DNA of 64,000 nucleotides from Oculina patagonica (Eukaryota): NCBI RefSeq assembly GCF_052425735.1, contig NC_135762.1, positions 6,944,001 to 7,008,000 of the forward strand, read 5' to 3'. Shown piece by piece: positions 48,155 to 59,564 of this stretch (position 1 is its first letter; each line of letters starts with the position of its first letter). The notes under the pieces were generated by a model. It saw only the letters and a program-made list of their open reading frames with translations, ran no database searches and was not told where the DNA came from. The position numbers and the translations under genes were made by a program.

Positions 48155-48562
48155 AGGGAATCTCTGTTGTTTAGGCAAGTTGACGTTGAGTTGTTTGAAA
48201 TAATGCCTAAACTACAAATTTTACAGGACAGGGGAGAAGCAGCATTTAATAACAACCGTAAACGGAAAAGATTATGGCTTTTAAATTTCCCGCTCGGCGC
48301 CATTTTGGAATTTATGACGTCAGTGCGTTTCCCAATTGTTTCACACAAAAGAACCTCTGCTTTCTAATAATAGCGGCAACGCAGTGACGTCATAAAATTC
48401 AAAATGGCGGCGCGCGGGAAATTTAAAAGCACAAAAATTGACAAATCAAAGGCCCAGTATTCTAATGAAAAAAGGAATCCGCGACTTTAAACAACCAAAA
48501 CGATTTTAGACTGTGGTAAACTTATTATTTTGACCAGAACTGTTTTACAGTCGAGGTTCCCT
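48155..48562. mobile_element. Kolobok-like MITE, TTAA TSD (intronic)
   Basis: ttaa|agggaatctc...gaggttccct|ttaa, with a long internal inverted repeat at about 48279-48430. Confidence 0.75.
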
Positions 48563-48661
48563 TTAAGGATTTTGAATTTTTAAAGTGAAGCTGGTGACAG
48601 TGTCCCTTTAATCCGTGCTAACTGTGTCTTTCTTTCTCTTCTTAAGTTTTACGTTCTCATC

Positions 48662-49252
48662 ATGGTCGAAATTGCAAATATCGACTTCTTGTATCCACGC
48701 TGGCTTACTTTAAGATTGAATGCTATGAGAGAGCGCTGGGAGGACTTCAAGAATTTTCAACTCATGCGCAGAGTCAAACAAGCCAGAGAGTTTGTAAGAC
48801 AGGCCAGGGAGTTCAGTCTCAATCATCCTGTGGTCACAATGTTCCTAGCTGTTGCCGCAGTGTTGAGCTTCCTGCCGATAATAATCTTCTTATCAATTGT
48901 ATCCGGATCCTTTGCAGTCATCTTTGTCACAGCGTTTACTGTTTTTCAGAGCGTGGTTGTGGTATCGCTGGTGCCTTTCCTCGCTGTTCTGGTCCCCATC
49001 CTGATGATTGGAGGCACGGCAGCCGTTTTCGCCTACCTTGCATATTGCATTTTTGTGAAGATACTACGAATCATCGAACGAACAATACGACAGTTTATAG
49101 AAATTGTCAAGTCCACGCTCCATTCACGAATTTTTGGAAGGCAAGTCGGATTTGGTGGCTATAAAGTGAGACTACATGCCAACCCACAGCAGTTCCACCA
49201 ACGCTATGATGCATTTCCTCCAACTGACCAAGAACCTTCTTCCGATTGTTAA
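48662..49252 (+). CDS. LDAF1: Promethin / lipid droplet assembly factor 1 (TMEM159)-like protein, 196 aa
   Basis: HP..TMFL....LSFLPIIIF followed by a ~80-aa continuous hydrophobic stretch, as in promethin-family double hairpins. A splice acceptor lies 15 nt before the ATG. Confidence 0.7.
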   Translation: MVEIANIDFLYPRWLTLRLNAMRERWEDFKNFQLMRRVKQAREFVRQAREFSLNHPVVTMFLAVAAVLSFLPIIIFLSIVSGSFAVIFVTAFTVFQSVVVVSLVPFLAVLVPILMIGGTAAVFAYLAYCIFVKILRIIERTIRQFIEIVKSTLHSRIFGRQVGFGGYKVRLHANPQQFHQRYDAFPPTDQEPSSDC

Positions 49253-50525
49253 AAACAAAACACAACAAAAAAAAAATATATAATATAAAATGCAAATACA
49301 AAACATAAAATACCAAAAATTCAAAAGCAAAATTATTATTTCAGTATGTATAAGCCCCATCCCATTTAAAATAACCCATTCTGTTACATTAGTAGTACAC
49401 TCTTTAATCGAGCCTGGCTCACTCCATTAAAAGATATACACGTGTAAGTAAATAAGTCCCTTCCCTATATTATGCCCCCTTCTAATAAAACCCACCCCGT
49501 TTAAAATAGAAATAACTTCTTCCCTAAAACCCCCTTTAAAGAAGCCCCACCCCATTTACAAATACAAATAAGACACCTCCCTTCGTTTTTCCCCTCTTCT
49601 GATCAGCCCTATAGAAAAGTGGGCTTTTCTATCTTGTTACACCCACCGTTTTCTGACATTGCCTTATTTTGGTGGGTGCTTTCGAACATATTTTTCAGAC
49701 ATCTATATTTTTGTAAAAGAAAAAAAAAAGCGTTTTATACAAATCTCTCTGTTTTTTGAAATCGATTCACTCAAGTTAATGTTGTAATGTATATTAGTCA
49801 ACAAGACAACTTTCAGGACAAATGATTGCTGAAACTGGCTGGTATTTAACTACAATTATTGAGCATCTGTTGGAAATAAAATACTTTTATAGTATTGAAT
49901 AGTTTGCAATTATTTAATGCTCTCATAATGAAGCCATCAACCAGCCTAGAGGTCCTCTCAACGGTTTGGGGAACAAGGGAACATGATTACTTATTTAAAG
50001 GGTAGAAGGCTTAGGATGTACTTTTGGACTTATATTGTGAGGGATAAAGGGGTAAATCTACCATTAATGGGGAACTTCGAAGAAAAATTTAGGGAAAATT
50101 AAATAAATTGGGAACAAGAGAAACTTACGATTTTTTTAAAACGTCAAGGGAACATGCAACACCCTCCCCCCCCCCCCCCGGGACGCTGGGCTCTTAGTCC
50201 TCTTATCATGTCATACTCGACAACATAGCAGCAATTAGTTGTTCTACTCTCCCTTGGATTGGACGCTAGTTCATCGCAGGGTTAAAATCACATTTATTCT
50301 CCTGGGTGGAAAGAGGCTGTGAACCCGGACCGGTCGATCCGGAGTCAGCACACTAACTATTAGGCCATTGCGCCTCCCACGTGAGTAGTGTAGTTGTTAG
50401 CAAACTGAAGGAGTCAAACATTAGTGCACGACACAACAGAGGTGACGTGAAAACCTCAACTGTACGCTAACGTGTTTGTTAGGACGCGCAACAACGGCTT
50501 TAATAGTTGTCTAGAATGGTTTCTC

Positions 50526-50949
50526 CCCGGGGGGGGGGGTACTCAAAAAAGTTTTATACGGGGAGGCTCCGCGCCAAGTTCTAACCCCTTACCCTTTTAT
50601 ATAGCATTTTTGACAGAAATTGTATCCCTTTCGTATACCTTTAACGGAAAAAAGGTACCCCTTTCATATACCTAAGAGACATGGCGTGTACTTAAAATAG
50701 GACGTTTTCTTGTCATTTTTATGTAGCGCTTAATAAATAATTAAAATAATACGGCCATAAATTGCGTCTGTTCGAAATATTTTATTAAAAGGCCCTTTTA
50801 AATAGCCAAATGAGAGATTTCCATACCCTTTCATATACTTAAACTCGTGAAATCCCTACCCTTTATATACCTGAAGCCTGAAAAAGGTACCCCTTTCGGG
50901 CGGAGCCTCCCCGTATAGGCCATTATAGGGAGTACCCCTCCCCCCCGGG
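50526..50949. mobile_element. MITE with CCCGGGG termini, 8-bp TSD
   Basis: cccggg(g)ntactc.../...gagtacccc..cccggg; TSD GGTTTCTC at 50518-50525 and 50950-50957. Confidence 0.85.
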
Positions 50950-51077
50950 GGTTTCTCGATACACAACTGATCACCAAGTATAGGAAGTCAAGCTGAAAGA
51001 CAAATGTAACATTTGAATATTTCTCAATAGACTTTTGGAACAAGTCTTCAAGTGCCTTTGGCGTTGAGGCAAGTCCT

Positions 51078-51259
51078 GGGGCCCGTTTCTCAAAGGTCCC
51101 GAAAACTTCTCACACCCGAAAAGTCATAGCAAAATCTGAACAGAGGTTTCCTCCATACAAAGTTTTAGGCCTATACTCTTCTCTGTTTTTAAAATACAGG
51201 TGATTTAAAATGGCTTTACGGGCACGAAAAGTTTCCGGGGCTCTCAAGAAACGGGCCCC
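51078..51259. mobile_element. Small MITE (PIF/Harbinger-like)
   Basis: TIR ggggcccgtttct / agaaacgggcccc. Confidence 0.7.
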
Positions 51260-51539
51260 GGTTTTACAGGTATTTGTGTGGTCCTGATTAACATAAATTA
51301 ATATATTGCCGACATGTATCAGAAAACTGGGGCGAGGGTAGTGCGTGAGGCCTCACGGTTAGGCGGTTTGAAAAGTGTCCGTTGCGAAAGTTGTGACATA
51401 CTTCATTTCATCTGTTTATTTATTTCTTACTTTGTTTCTTTTGTAAAATTGTTGTAAACCTTAAAACCCCAAAGGTGGCGCCATAGCATTGGTTGGGGGT
51501 ACACGGTCCCTATTTTTCCCATAGCGGGTTTTTTAGGAT

Positions 51540-51642
51540 TAGTGGAAAACACGGGGCCGGGGCCCCGGGGTGTGGAAAACGCGGGGTCCCAGGGTCTGTG
51601 GAAAACACGGGGTGTGGAAAACGCGGGGTGTGGAAAACACGG
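51540..51642 (+). repeat. Short tandem repeat gtggaaaac(a/g)cgggg
   Basis: Five copies are visible. Confidence 0.8.
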
Positions 51643-52495
51643 CCAAGCCTGGCCAAGTTTATAGACTAACCGTTGCAGAGGAATGCCGGCAACTCCAAGG
51701 CTGGGACTCCTTCGCCCTTTCGGTAAGTTGACAATCGGCTCTCCGAAAATCTAACACAATTTTGTGCTAATAGCTTACATTGTGTAATGGTTTCTTCGTG
51801 GTCACAAGAAAGAAGTCACAAACTGTTAGCGTACACATAAGAAATAGAAAACGTTTTCCAAGTTTCTGAAAAAAAAAAAAAAAAACACGAGTGAAGGCCG
51901 GACGTTTTGTAATAGTTGTGTAAAATTCTCAGACAAATAAACATTGTATCTCGTAGTGGTTTTTCCCGGGGATTATAAAATGAGAAATTTCTAGGCGGCT
52001 AAGCAAGGAGTCCGGGAAAAATTTTTTCTTAAACTAATGTAATCTTGTTTATTCTAGTAACCGTTTTTCTTCTTCTTCGCAAAGTTACTAACAAGATTCA
52101 TTGAATTGGAAAAGTATACGAATTTGATGGGGGGAGGGGGTGGGGGGTGGGGGATTCCCTGTATGGCACAGGCGGGGATCCTCGTCCTACTTTTTAGAAC
52201 TTGGAAATCATGTCGTAGGGTGTTTCTTTTCACAGTTTTACAGTTGCTGCATATACAAGTATTTCTCATGCAGGGGTTTTACAGCAAGCCGAAACTAAAC
52301 TAGCCAACTTTTTTAAAGTGATTTTGCCCAAGATGTGTTTTTCGGCTGATTAGTGTCTCTTGTCACTAATTGAGTCACGCTACGAATGGATTAGAACAGT
52401 TTTCACTTGAGTGTCGAAGGTAATTCGCGTTTGCTTTGGTTTTGCATTACTACGCTTAGTGATTGGTGTTAAACTGTCGCGCCACTTTCTAATAA

Positions 52496-52995
52496 GGGCC
52501 TCTTCATATGATCCCGGTTGACCGGGCTGGCCCAGTTACCGAGATATCGGCTCACTCCTATTTTCTTTGTAAAATTTTTGATGTGTTCATATGAGAAGGC
52601 GGGCCAGCCCGGTTGCCGATATCTCGGTTTCTGCAAACGAGATATCGGCAACCGGGAAGAAAATTTTTCCATATGAACACTCCAGCCCGGCCGCCGGGAC
52701 GCAACTTTTTTTGAAAAAATAGCTTCCCTTTCGTAACTGGGCGGTCAAAATGGCATAATTTTGCCTTGTATCTATTTCCACTTTAGAAATATGCGAATTA
52801 GCTTTATAAGTAAAGTTACAAGTGTCGATAAAGCTACGATAGTCGCAAAAGATGCAACTTTATGTGTCGCAATTTTGGTTTCGTTTCTTGAATGTTATCC
52901 CCATCAACCGGGCTAAAATTTTCCATATGAACAGACGTCAAGATCTGTCCTGGTAACCGAGACAGCCCGTTTACCGGGCTCATGTGAAGAGACCC
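52496..52995. mobile_element. PIF/Harbinger-type MITE, TAA TSD
   Basis: taa|gggcctcttcatatg...catgtgaagagaccc|taa. Confidence 0.85.
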
Positions 52996-53053
52996 TAAAG
53001 CCAATAAAAAGTTAAACCAAAACCAATCGTGACTCGCTTGCGCACGTTAATTT

Positions 53054-55829
53054 GGGTGTCGGTAAAACGCCGACTCGGGGTCGGGGTCATTTTTTTTAAT
53101 TTTTTTTTTTATAAAAATTCATAAAGTTTATATTAGCGTGTGGGGAAATTCGAGTCGGACTAAGCAATTCCTTCACAAAATAGCCGGGAATTTTGTTCCT
53201 TATAAGTTCAAAAGTATAAAAGAAGAAATTTGTGGTCTAACAGGCGACAGGTGAAATTCTCTATTGAACAGCTTGACGGATAGAATGTGCTGCCGACTTC
53301 TTTCTGAGCGCTATCTTCTCGCCAACATAGCATGAACTTTTCAGGTTTAAATCAAATTGTGCATGCGTTTGTGTAGCAAGAGAAAATTAATTCAGGTTTA
53401 TATCGTTAAAATAAAGCCGCCTTTCATATCCAAAAATTATTTACAAGGAAGCAGAATTGTTTTGTTTAGACAGCGAAGCTCGCATTAACATGACTCGCAA
53501 TCTTTAAGTTTCTAAATTTTGTTATTGTTTTAAATATAAGTGGAGGTATTTAGCCATTTCTCCAATTTGCGTGACCGAAATGCGGAAAGACATTTTAATT
53601 AAAATTGATCTTAATGTACACATCGTTTTACACCGCTTCTTATTAAAGCGTGAACACTTAAAATATGTCTGGAATGTTCTTTGTCTTTTAACCAATCACA
53701 TGCGAGAACTTCAGACCGCAGAAACCACATGGGTTTCCATCGGTCACGGAACAATATTTGGTTCTCGTTTCGCTCCAATTTACAAGTAAACACACTCATT
53801 GTAATTCCTTCCTTTTTGAGAACATTCACTGCTCCACTGAAGAATAGGTTTGAGTGATTTTTTTTATAGAAAAAATTGAAAAACCGATGCGCCCGACGCT
53901 ACGATTTGCCCCAGTTGCCGCCAATTTTCAAAAATTGTAACGAATTCGTATCTGCAGTTACCGTTCGCCTGATGGCATGTTACAATTTGTACTGAGGTAA
54001 GCTTGCATTTTCCGGTTTTTATCTCACCCCAACTATTGTAGCAGACCTAAACACTGATAGAAGGAAGGTTTGTTTCTTCGATAACAGCGAAACGATAGCG
54101 GGAAGGAAAAGCGAAAATCAAACGATTTAGCGATTGAGGTGTTTACTTTGCACCAATCACGCCAACATTTTGAATAATTTTCGTCTGGAGCCTTTGCAGT
54201 TTGCAGTCTTACGATCACGGAACCTCTAATTGCCTAAGGGTTGAATCGTTTGCCGAAATAAATCGAATCCCTTGTTCTACCGAAAAGATTTACAATCAGT
54301 AACGAAAACTCCACAATTTTGTATTTTATATTCGGTTTATCGTGTTTACATCTTATGTCTAGACATGTCTACAACATACTGCATGCACTGAACCATGTCG
54401 TATATCGTCGCTAGAGAAACCGTCCTTTTTTTCTTTCAAAAATCCCTGAAACCATGTTCTGGATGTGGCCCTCGATACGAAAGAATAGCAGTTCTTTAAA
54501 TTCTTAAAAAAGACAGAGCGTGTATCCTAAAACAAAATAAGAACTAAAGTTGCTCCGTGACCGATGGAAACCCATTTACTGTTTGTGGTTTCTGCGGTCT
54601 GAAGTTCTCGCATGTGATTGGCTAAACACAAACATTCCAGACATATTTTTTAGTGTTCACGCTTTTATAAGAAGGAGTGTAAACGCAAATGGTGAGTTGT
54701 AGCCTGCCCGCCTTTCATCGCCCCCGCTTACTACACACACCATACAATCTTCAAATTCGATCCAGTTCACAAATGAAGCAATTCACGTCTGTACAAAATT
54801 TTAAAAAGCTGGCTGTATATGTGCGATTGTTGAGGAACTTTCGTGACTGAAACATGTTACAACAAACTGCCCGACATGCGAGTTTCTCTGTCAAAACAAA
54901 CCGCTCTACTTCTTTGAAAATACTTCTTTTGATATGAAAGGCAGCTTTAATTTTTATTACTCAAAAACATATACAATTTAATTTACACTTGAAACAGTTC
55001 ATGGCCACCAAATTCTACTTCAAAAATCTGCCGCGTATGTTTAAAAGTAAACAGATTTAGAATATTTGCGAGACAACGTCTACGCGAGTTTCTCTTGAAT
55101 TCTCTGTTTATACCTAATTTGTTTCAGTGGAACTGAAAACCGAAGAGCCTCTCAGTACAAAATCTATTTTTTTTTAAGTTCTTATGAATCACAAGGTGGT
55201 TCTGTTGATCAACAAAATGCAAAATGAGCAAAGAACGGCTAAAATTTAGGTTATGCTGACGAGGAAGTATTACCCCCGCTTTCAGTGTTTGGTGCATAGC
55301 GGTTTGTTGTAACAAACAACACGGATCGAAATCAGCCAATCACAGCCCACCAGCATGACCTTTTGACCTTGTGGGTGAAACCAACAAGGGTATCCATCGG
55401 TTTTGATAGGCTCATTTCAAACAGCACGTCGAAAGATGCTGTCGAAAGATGATGTGGAAAGATGGACGTAAAAAGATAGCTATGCACGTAATATTGAAAG
55501 CGGGTATTATTCGATTACAGAGAAGTAGACAGAGTAGGCTAAACTGTATGTAAAAGTTAAATTTCACCACTCGCCTGTTAGACCTTAACTGAAATCCTTC
55601 TTTTATACTTTTGAACTTATAAGGATCAAGATTTGTGGCAAATTTGTGAAGGAAATACTTTTTTCGACTCGAAATGCCTCACACGCTAATATGAACTTTT
55701 TAATTTTTTTTTTTCTGAGTCAGTGAGTTGTTTAAAAAAAATTAATAAATTTGACCCCGGCCCCGACCCCGACCCCGACTCCGACCCCGACCCCGACCCC
55801 GACCCCGAGTCGGCGTTTTACCGACACCC
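53054..55829. mobile_element. Mutator/foldback-like non-autonomous element, 9-bp TSD
   Basis: 35-bp perfect TIR gggtgtcggtaaaacgccgactcggggtcggggtc; TSD CGTTAATTT at 53045-53053 and 55830-55838; degenerate inverted arms run ~700 bp inward (e.g. ~53626-53750 vs ~54553-54685). Confidence 0.88.
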
Positions 55830-56025
55830 CGTTAATTTCCCGCGTTTCGCGCCGGCTACATGTATCTGCTTCGAGTTTTGTTTGGTTTACTGGATTATTT
55901 TGGGTTGGCTTTGGTTATTTCGACACTCAATAGAAAACTGCTCTATGTTATTCAAGGGGTGTTTTTCGAGATTTCAGACGAGCATCCCTTAGCACTTTTA
56001 TATGGGAATCCACGCTTTCCTCAGC

Positions 56026-57109
56026 CCTCTAGGAATGTACACATCGAGACCATTGCTAAGAAAATTGCATCTGGCCTGGGAGCCTTAAAGAGGTGTGGAC
56101 GATTTGTTCCTCAAAGCACGCTGCATTCTGTTTTCAGTGCCTTAATACAGCCTCATTTTGATTATTATAGTGTTGTTTGGGGACCCAGGGGGTACTCCGG
56201 GATCCAAGTGACGGGGATGTGCGAAGGATTTTTTTGGGGGTCGAAATTTTCGATTTCGGGATTTTTTTGGGTAGGAGAATTTGGCAGGTATTTTTTTGGG
56301 TGACGTGATTTAAATAGGGGATTTTTGGGGTATTAAAATCAAACTAAAGTGCCTTGGCGCGGCCTTGGCAATTTAGGGGTAATTTGACTAGGGATTTTTT
56401 GGGGCTTTTTGTTTGGTCCAGGGATTTTTTTGGGTAATGTCGGGAGACTTAGGGATTTTTTTGTGTCCTGAGTTTTGCCTCCATTTGATCATCCCCGTCA
56501 CTTTGATCCCGGAGTACCCCCCCTGGGTTTGGGGACACTGTAATAAGACCCTTTCTGACAAACTACAAAAATTGCAAAACCGCGCTGTGCGTATTCTAAC
56601 CTTTTCCAGCTATGACACAAATGCCGGACTTCTCTTTGAACGGCTAGGCTGGAAAGGATTGTTATCTCAAAGGCAAATACAAGAAGCAGTAATGGTGTAC
56701 AAATCTCTTAACGGTCTTGTACCTACCTATTTGCAATCTATATTTACTGATAGGAGTAGTATAACTCAGTACGAACTGATAGACACCGTGGGCAAACTCG
56801 CTGTTCCTTTGCCCCGCACAAACTATCTAAAAAACAGTTTTAGTTACCAAGGTGCGGTGCTTTGGAACAGCTTACCATCTGATTTGCGGCAAGCACAAAG
56901 TCTCAATGGTTTTCGAATTGGTTGCCGGCATAATTTTTCTTAGTCACGAACTAGCTTTTTACTTTTTATTGCACACGGCATTCATGTAAAGTAGAGTATG
57001 TTAGTATATATTAGTATTGTTTAGTTTTTTAGTATTGTATTTATTACCACAAGTTTTATAATTGTATTTCTGATGTATTTACCGTGTATAAATAAAGTTA
57101 CTATCTATC
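56026..57109 (+). mobile_element. 5'-truncated L2/CR1-group LINE (C-terminal part of ORF2 plus 3' UTR)
   Basis: HIETIAKKIASGLGALKR...LIQPHFDYYSVVWG|HCNKTLSDKLQKLQNRA.RI...SFSYQGAVLWNSLP; tail aataaagttactatctatct; interrupted by MITE 56184-56527. Confidence 0.88.
56184..56527. mobile_element. MITE with CCCAGGGG termini, 8-bp TSD, inside the LINE
   Basis: ~35-bp TIR cccagggggtactccgggatc.aagtgacggggatg; TSD TTTGGGGA. A related fragment lies at about 12410-12661. Confidence 0.88.
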
Positions 57110-57791
57110 TCGAGATCGCGAGTTTCTTCACAATTTGTGTTAGGAATAGGAAGATAAAGAGCAATTAAAAGAAATAAGACCAATACAAGCAATTGCATTT
57201 ATACCCTTGTTTTTATTGTCACCATATCATATCCCAGCAGTTACAATTATCATCTACGACTTGCTTTAGCAGTCTTTGATCTGTGTCCTGATTGCTTGTG
57301 TAGCAAGGCTATCCCTCTTTCTAATAAAGAAGCAGAACAAAGTTAATTCGTGAGATAAATGCTTTCATTTAAAAGTTAAAGGAAAGGAACTCCGAAAGCT
57401 TATTCTCGTTACTGATCGACACACAGTTGCTTTGACGCTACTTGGAAGAATTTTTAAGTACTTGTACATCATATAATATCTTTTCGTTGATTAATGATTT
57501 CTTGGTTGTTTACAATTGTCCCCTGCAAATTACCGGAAATTGGTTGAAATGTCAATGGAAAGCGTCTACATTGGTTTGACCGACAAAAAAAAAATTCCAG
57601 AATGAAGAGAATTTTTAAAAGTGTACCGTAGTCTTAAAACTCCTAACAAAAATATTCGGCGAACTAGAAACTGGTCTCTGTAACGAATAGCTACCGTATA
57701 GATCGATCAGTTTGGATATCATATAGAATAAAGTATCCTTTATTGGAATTTGCTACCAAAGAACTTTACTCTAGTTTAAAATGTATTTAGT

Positions 57792-58052
57792 CAGGGCCGT
57801 AATCAGACCTTTGGCACAGACGAGGCAAAATCTTCCTAGGAGGTTCTGGGGGCATGTCCTCCAGGAAATTCGGAGAACAAGAAGCTCTGGTACTCTTTTT
57901 TAACATTTTTAATAAGCTATTTCTCGAAAAAATCAATCTTTTTCACCTGGTAATTATTTTTCTTTCCAACGAAACATATTTTGTTTTAAATTTTGGGTTA
58001 AAATCAAGACGAGGCAAGTGCCTCGTCTTACCTCTTGCTAGTTACGGCCCTG
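57792..58052. mobile_element. hAT-like MITE in the putative 3' UTR of the ShKT gene
   Basis: TIR cagggccgtaa / ttacggccctg; TTAGT on both flanks. Confidence 0.7.
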
Positions 58053-58085
58053 TTAGTGAAAGCAAACTTACCGAATCACAGATTT

Positions 58086-59564
58086 CTAGGCGTAACAAGC
58101 ACCGCATGTTAGAGGACAGTCATTGATTGCAGAGAACGGGTTGTCATGGCAATCATCTTCGTTGCAGTCCCACCTGTGGTCCACACAGGGCTCTATACAA
58201 ACATCAAACAAATCATGTGATAATGAAAAATGGAAGGGAAGAATGTTGCTTTGACAGGTTGAGTTTTTTTCTACAAAGGCTGCTTTTTTAAAAAAGGCTT
58301 TTGTTTATTGGCTTCTTTGAACACAGTCGTAGGCAAGATCAGCCAAGTCCTTTTGTGTGCTCAGCTCAGAAAGAGTCTGGGCTCCATCATGAGGGGTGCC
58401 GTCATATCATGAATACAAGAAAGAAAGCCCATGGCTTAAGCTGAGCTTTGTCCCTGGTAGCCTTCCAAGTTGATCTTAAAGTTAAAATAAGCCAAAGCCT
58501 TTACCGGCAGCATGATGAACTGAATCTAAAAGGGATTTAAAGAGTTCTTTAATTCTACTTACCACAACGGACGCCACAGGCTTTCGGGCATTCCCGTAAA
58601 GTTGCATACGGGTTAGCGTGGCAGTGCCCATCACGTGCCAAGAGGTTGCAATCATGTCGCGAATCATGGCATCCACCTAATTAGAAGAAAAAATGTTTGA
58701 ATTAGTGAGTTAACGGGTCATTCAAAAACTCAGACTTTAATATATGCGATGAAAGCCGCATGGACAACCTTATTAAGTAAAGTAGAACAAAATAAGCAAT
58801 GGAAATTATGGAAATGACTGTTTTATGAATCTCGGAAACCAAAATTCTAAGCCCTTAGCCTATGGCTGTGCAGTCCAGTGAATAGCTATGTAAAAATACA
58901 TGTATAGGGATCTAAAAACGGTCACAACACAGGCCTCAATGAAACTGTCCCATTTCTTGTCAGCCTCACAGTTATCAATATTTTTTAAGTGAGCCACTCA
59001 CCTTTATCAAGAACTTATGACATTGCACACAGCTGCACACAAAATGTTAACACTGTACATTAGTCTATTAAAATTTTCTGGAAAAACTGGGGCTATCGAG
59101 AAAAGTATTAGAATAGCGGCCTATCTTCTGATTTATCCTTTTTGAAAAGTCACCAAGTTAGGAAACCGTACCTGCACCTGTGAAAACAAAGAAACAAAAA
59201 CAAGATGAGCAACAAGCTAAGGAAAATGAAATTGCATAATTTGAAATACTTCTACTTCTCTAATGCAACTGAACACATAATTATGTTTACGGGCGTGTTC
59301 AGATGTGCATGCGGGTCTGCGCTAGCGCGCGTGTGTGCGCGCATCGTGCATGGGCGGAGGGGGAAGGGGAGGGAAGGGGACATGTTTCTCGTGTGTGCGC
59401 TCGTGCGCGTGCGCGTGCATCGTGCACGCGGGGACATGTTACTTGTGTGTGTTCGTGTGTACGTGAGTGTGCGCGCGTACGTGTTCACGTAGGCGTGTTT
59501 TTATATACTTACAATATGCAATGCCGCAGATGAGCACCAACAGGAACAATCCAGATTTAAACAT
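58086..59564 (-). CDS. Secreted 92-aa peptide with two ShKT domains; coding exons 59564-59513, 59177-59172, 58676-58563, 58192-58086
   Basis: All introns are GT-AG, phase 1, with polypyrimidine tracts. The joined 279 nt give MFKSGLFLLVLICGIAYCAGGCHDSRHDCNLLARDGHCHANPYATLRECPKACGVRCEPCVDHRWDCNEDDCHDNPFSAINDCPLTCGACYA*: a signal peptide plus two six-Cys ShKT patterns. Probable 5'-UTR exon near 60538-60645; minus-strand AATAAA at 57739-57744. Confidence 0.88.
59290..59497. repeat. Alternating purine-pyrimidine (GT/GC) tract in an intron
   Basis: Runs such as gcgcgtgtgtgcgcgca and gtgcgcgtgcgcgtgca. Confidence 0.7.

Larger units (their letters stand above)
52392..55945. mobile_element. TAGA-terminus MITE split by two nested insertions
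   Basis: Pieces 52392-52492, 52999-53053 and 55839-55945 together match 46067-46351 in reverse orientation. Confidence 0.8.

Noticed and set aside
55723-55992. PD/PT-repeat ORFs
   Set aside because: Translations of the (gacccc)n run in a transposon TIR.
58482-58676. 64-aa minus-strand ORF in the track
   Set aside because: Wrong frame of the ShKT-1 exon.
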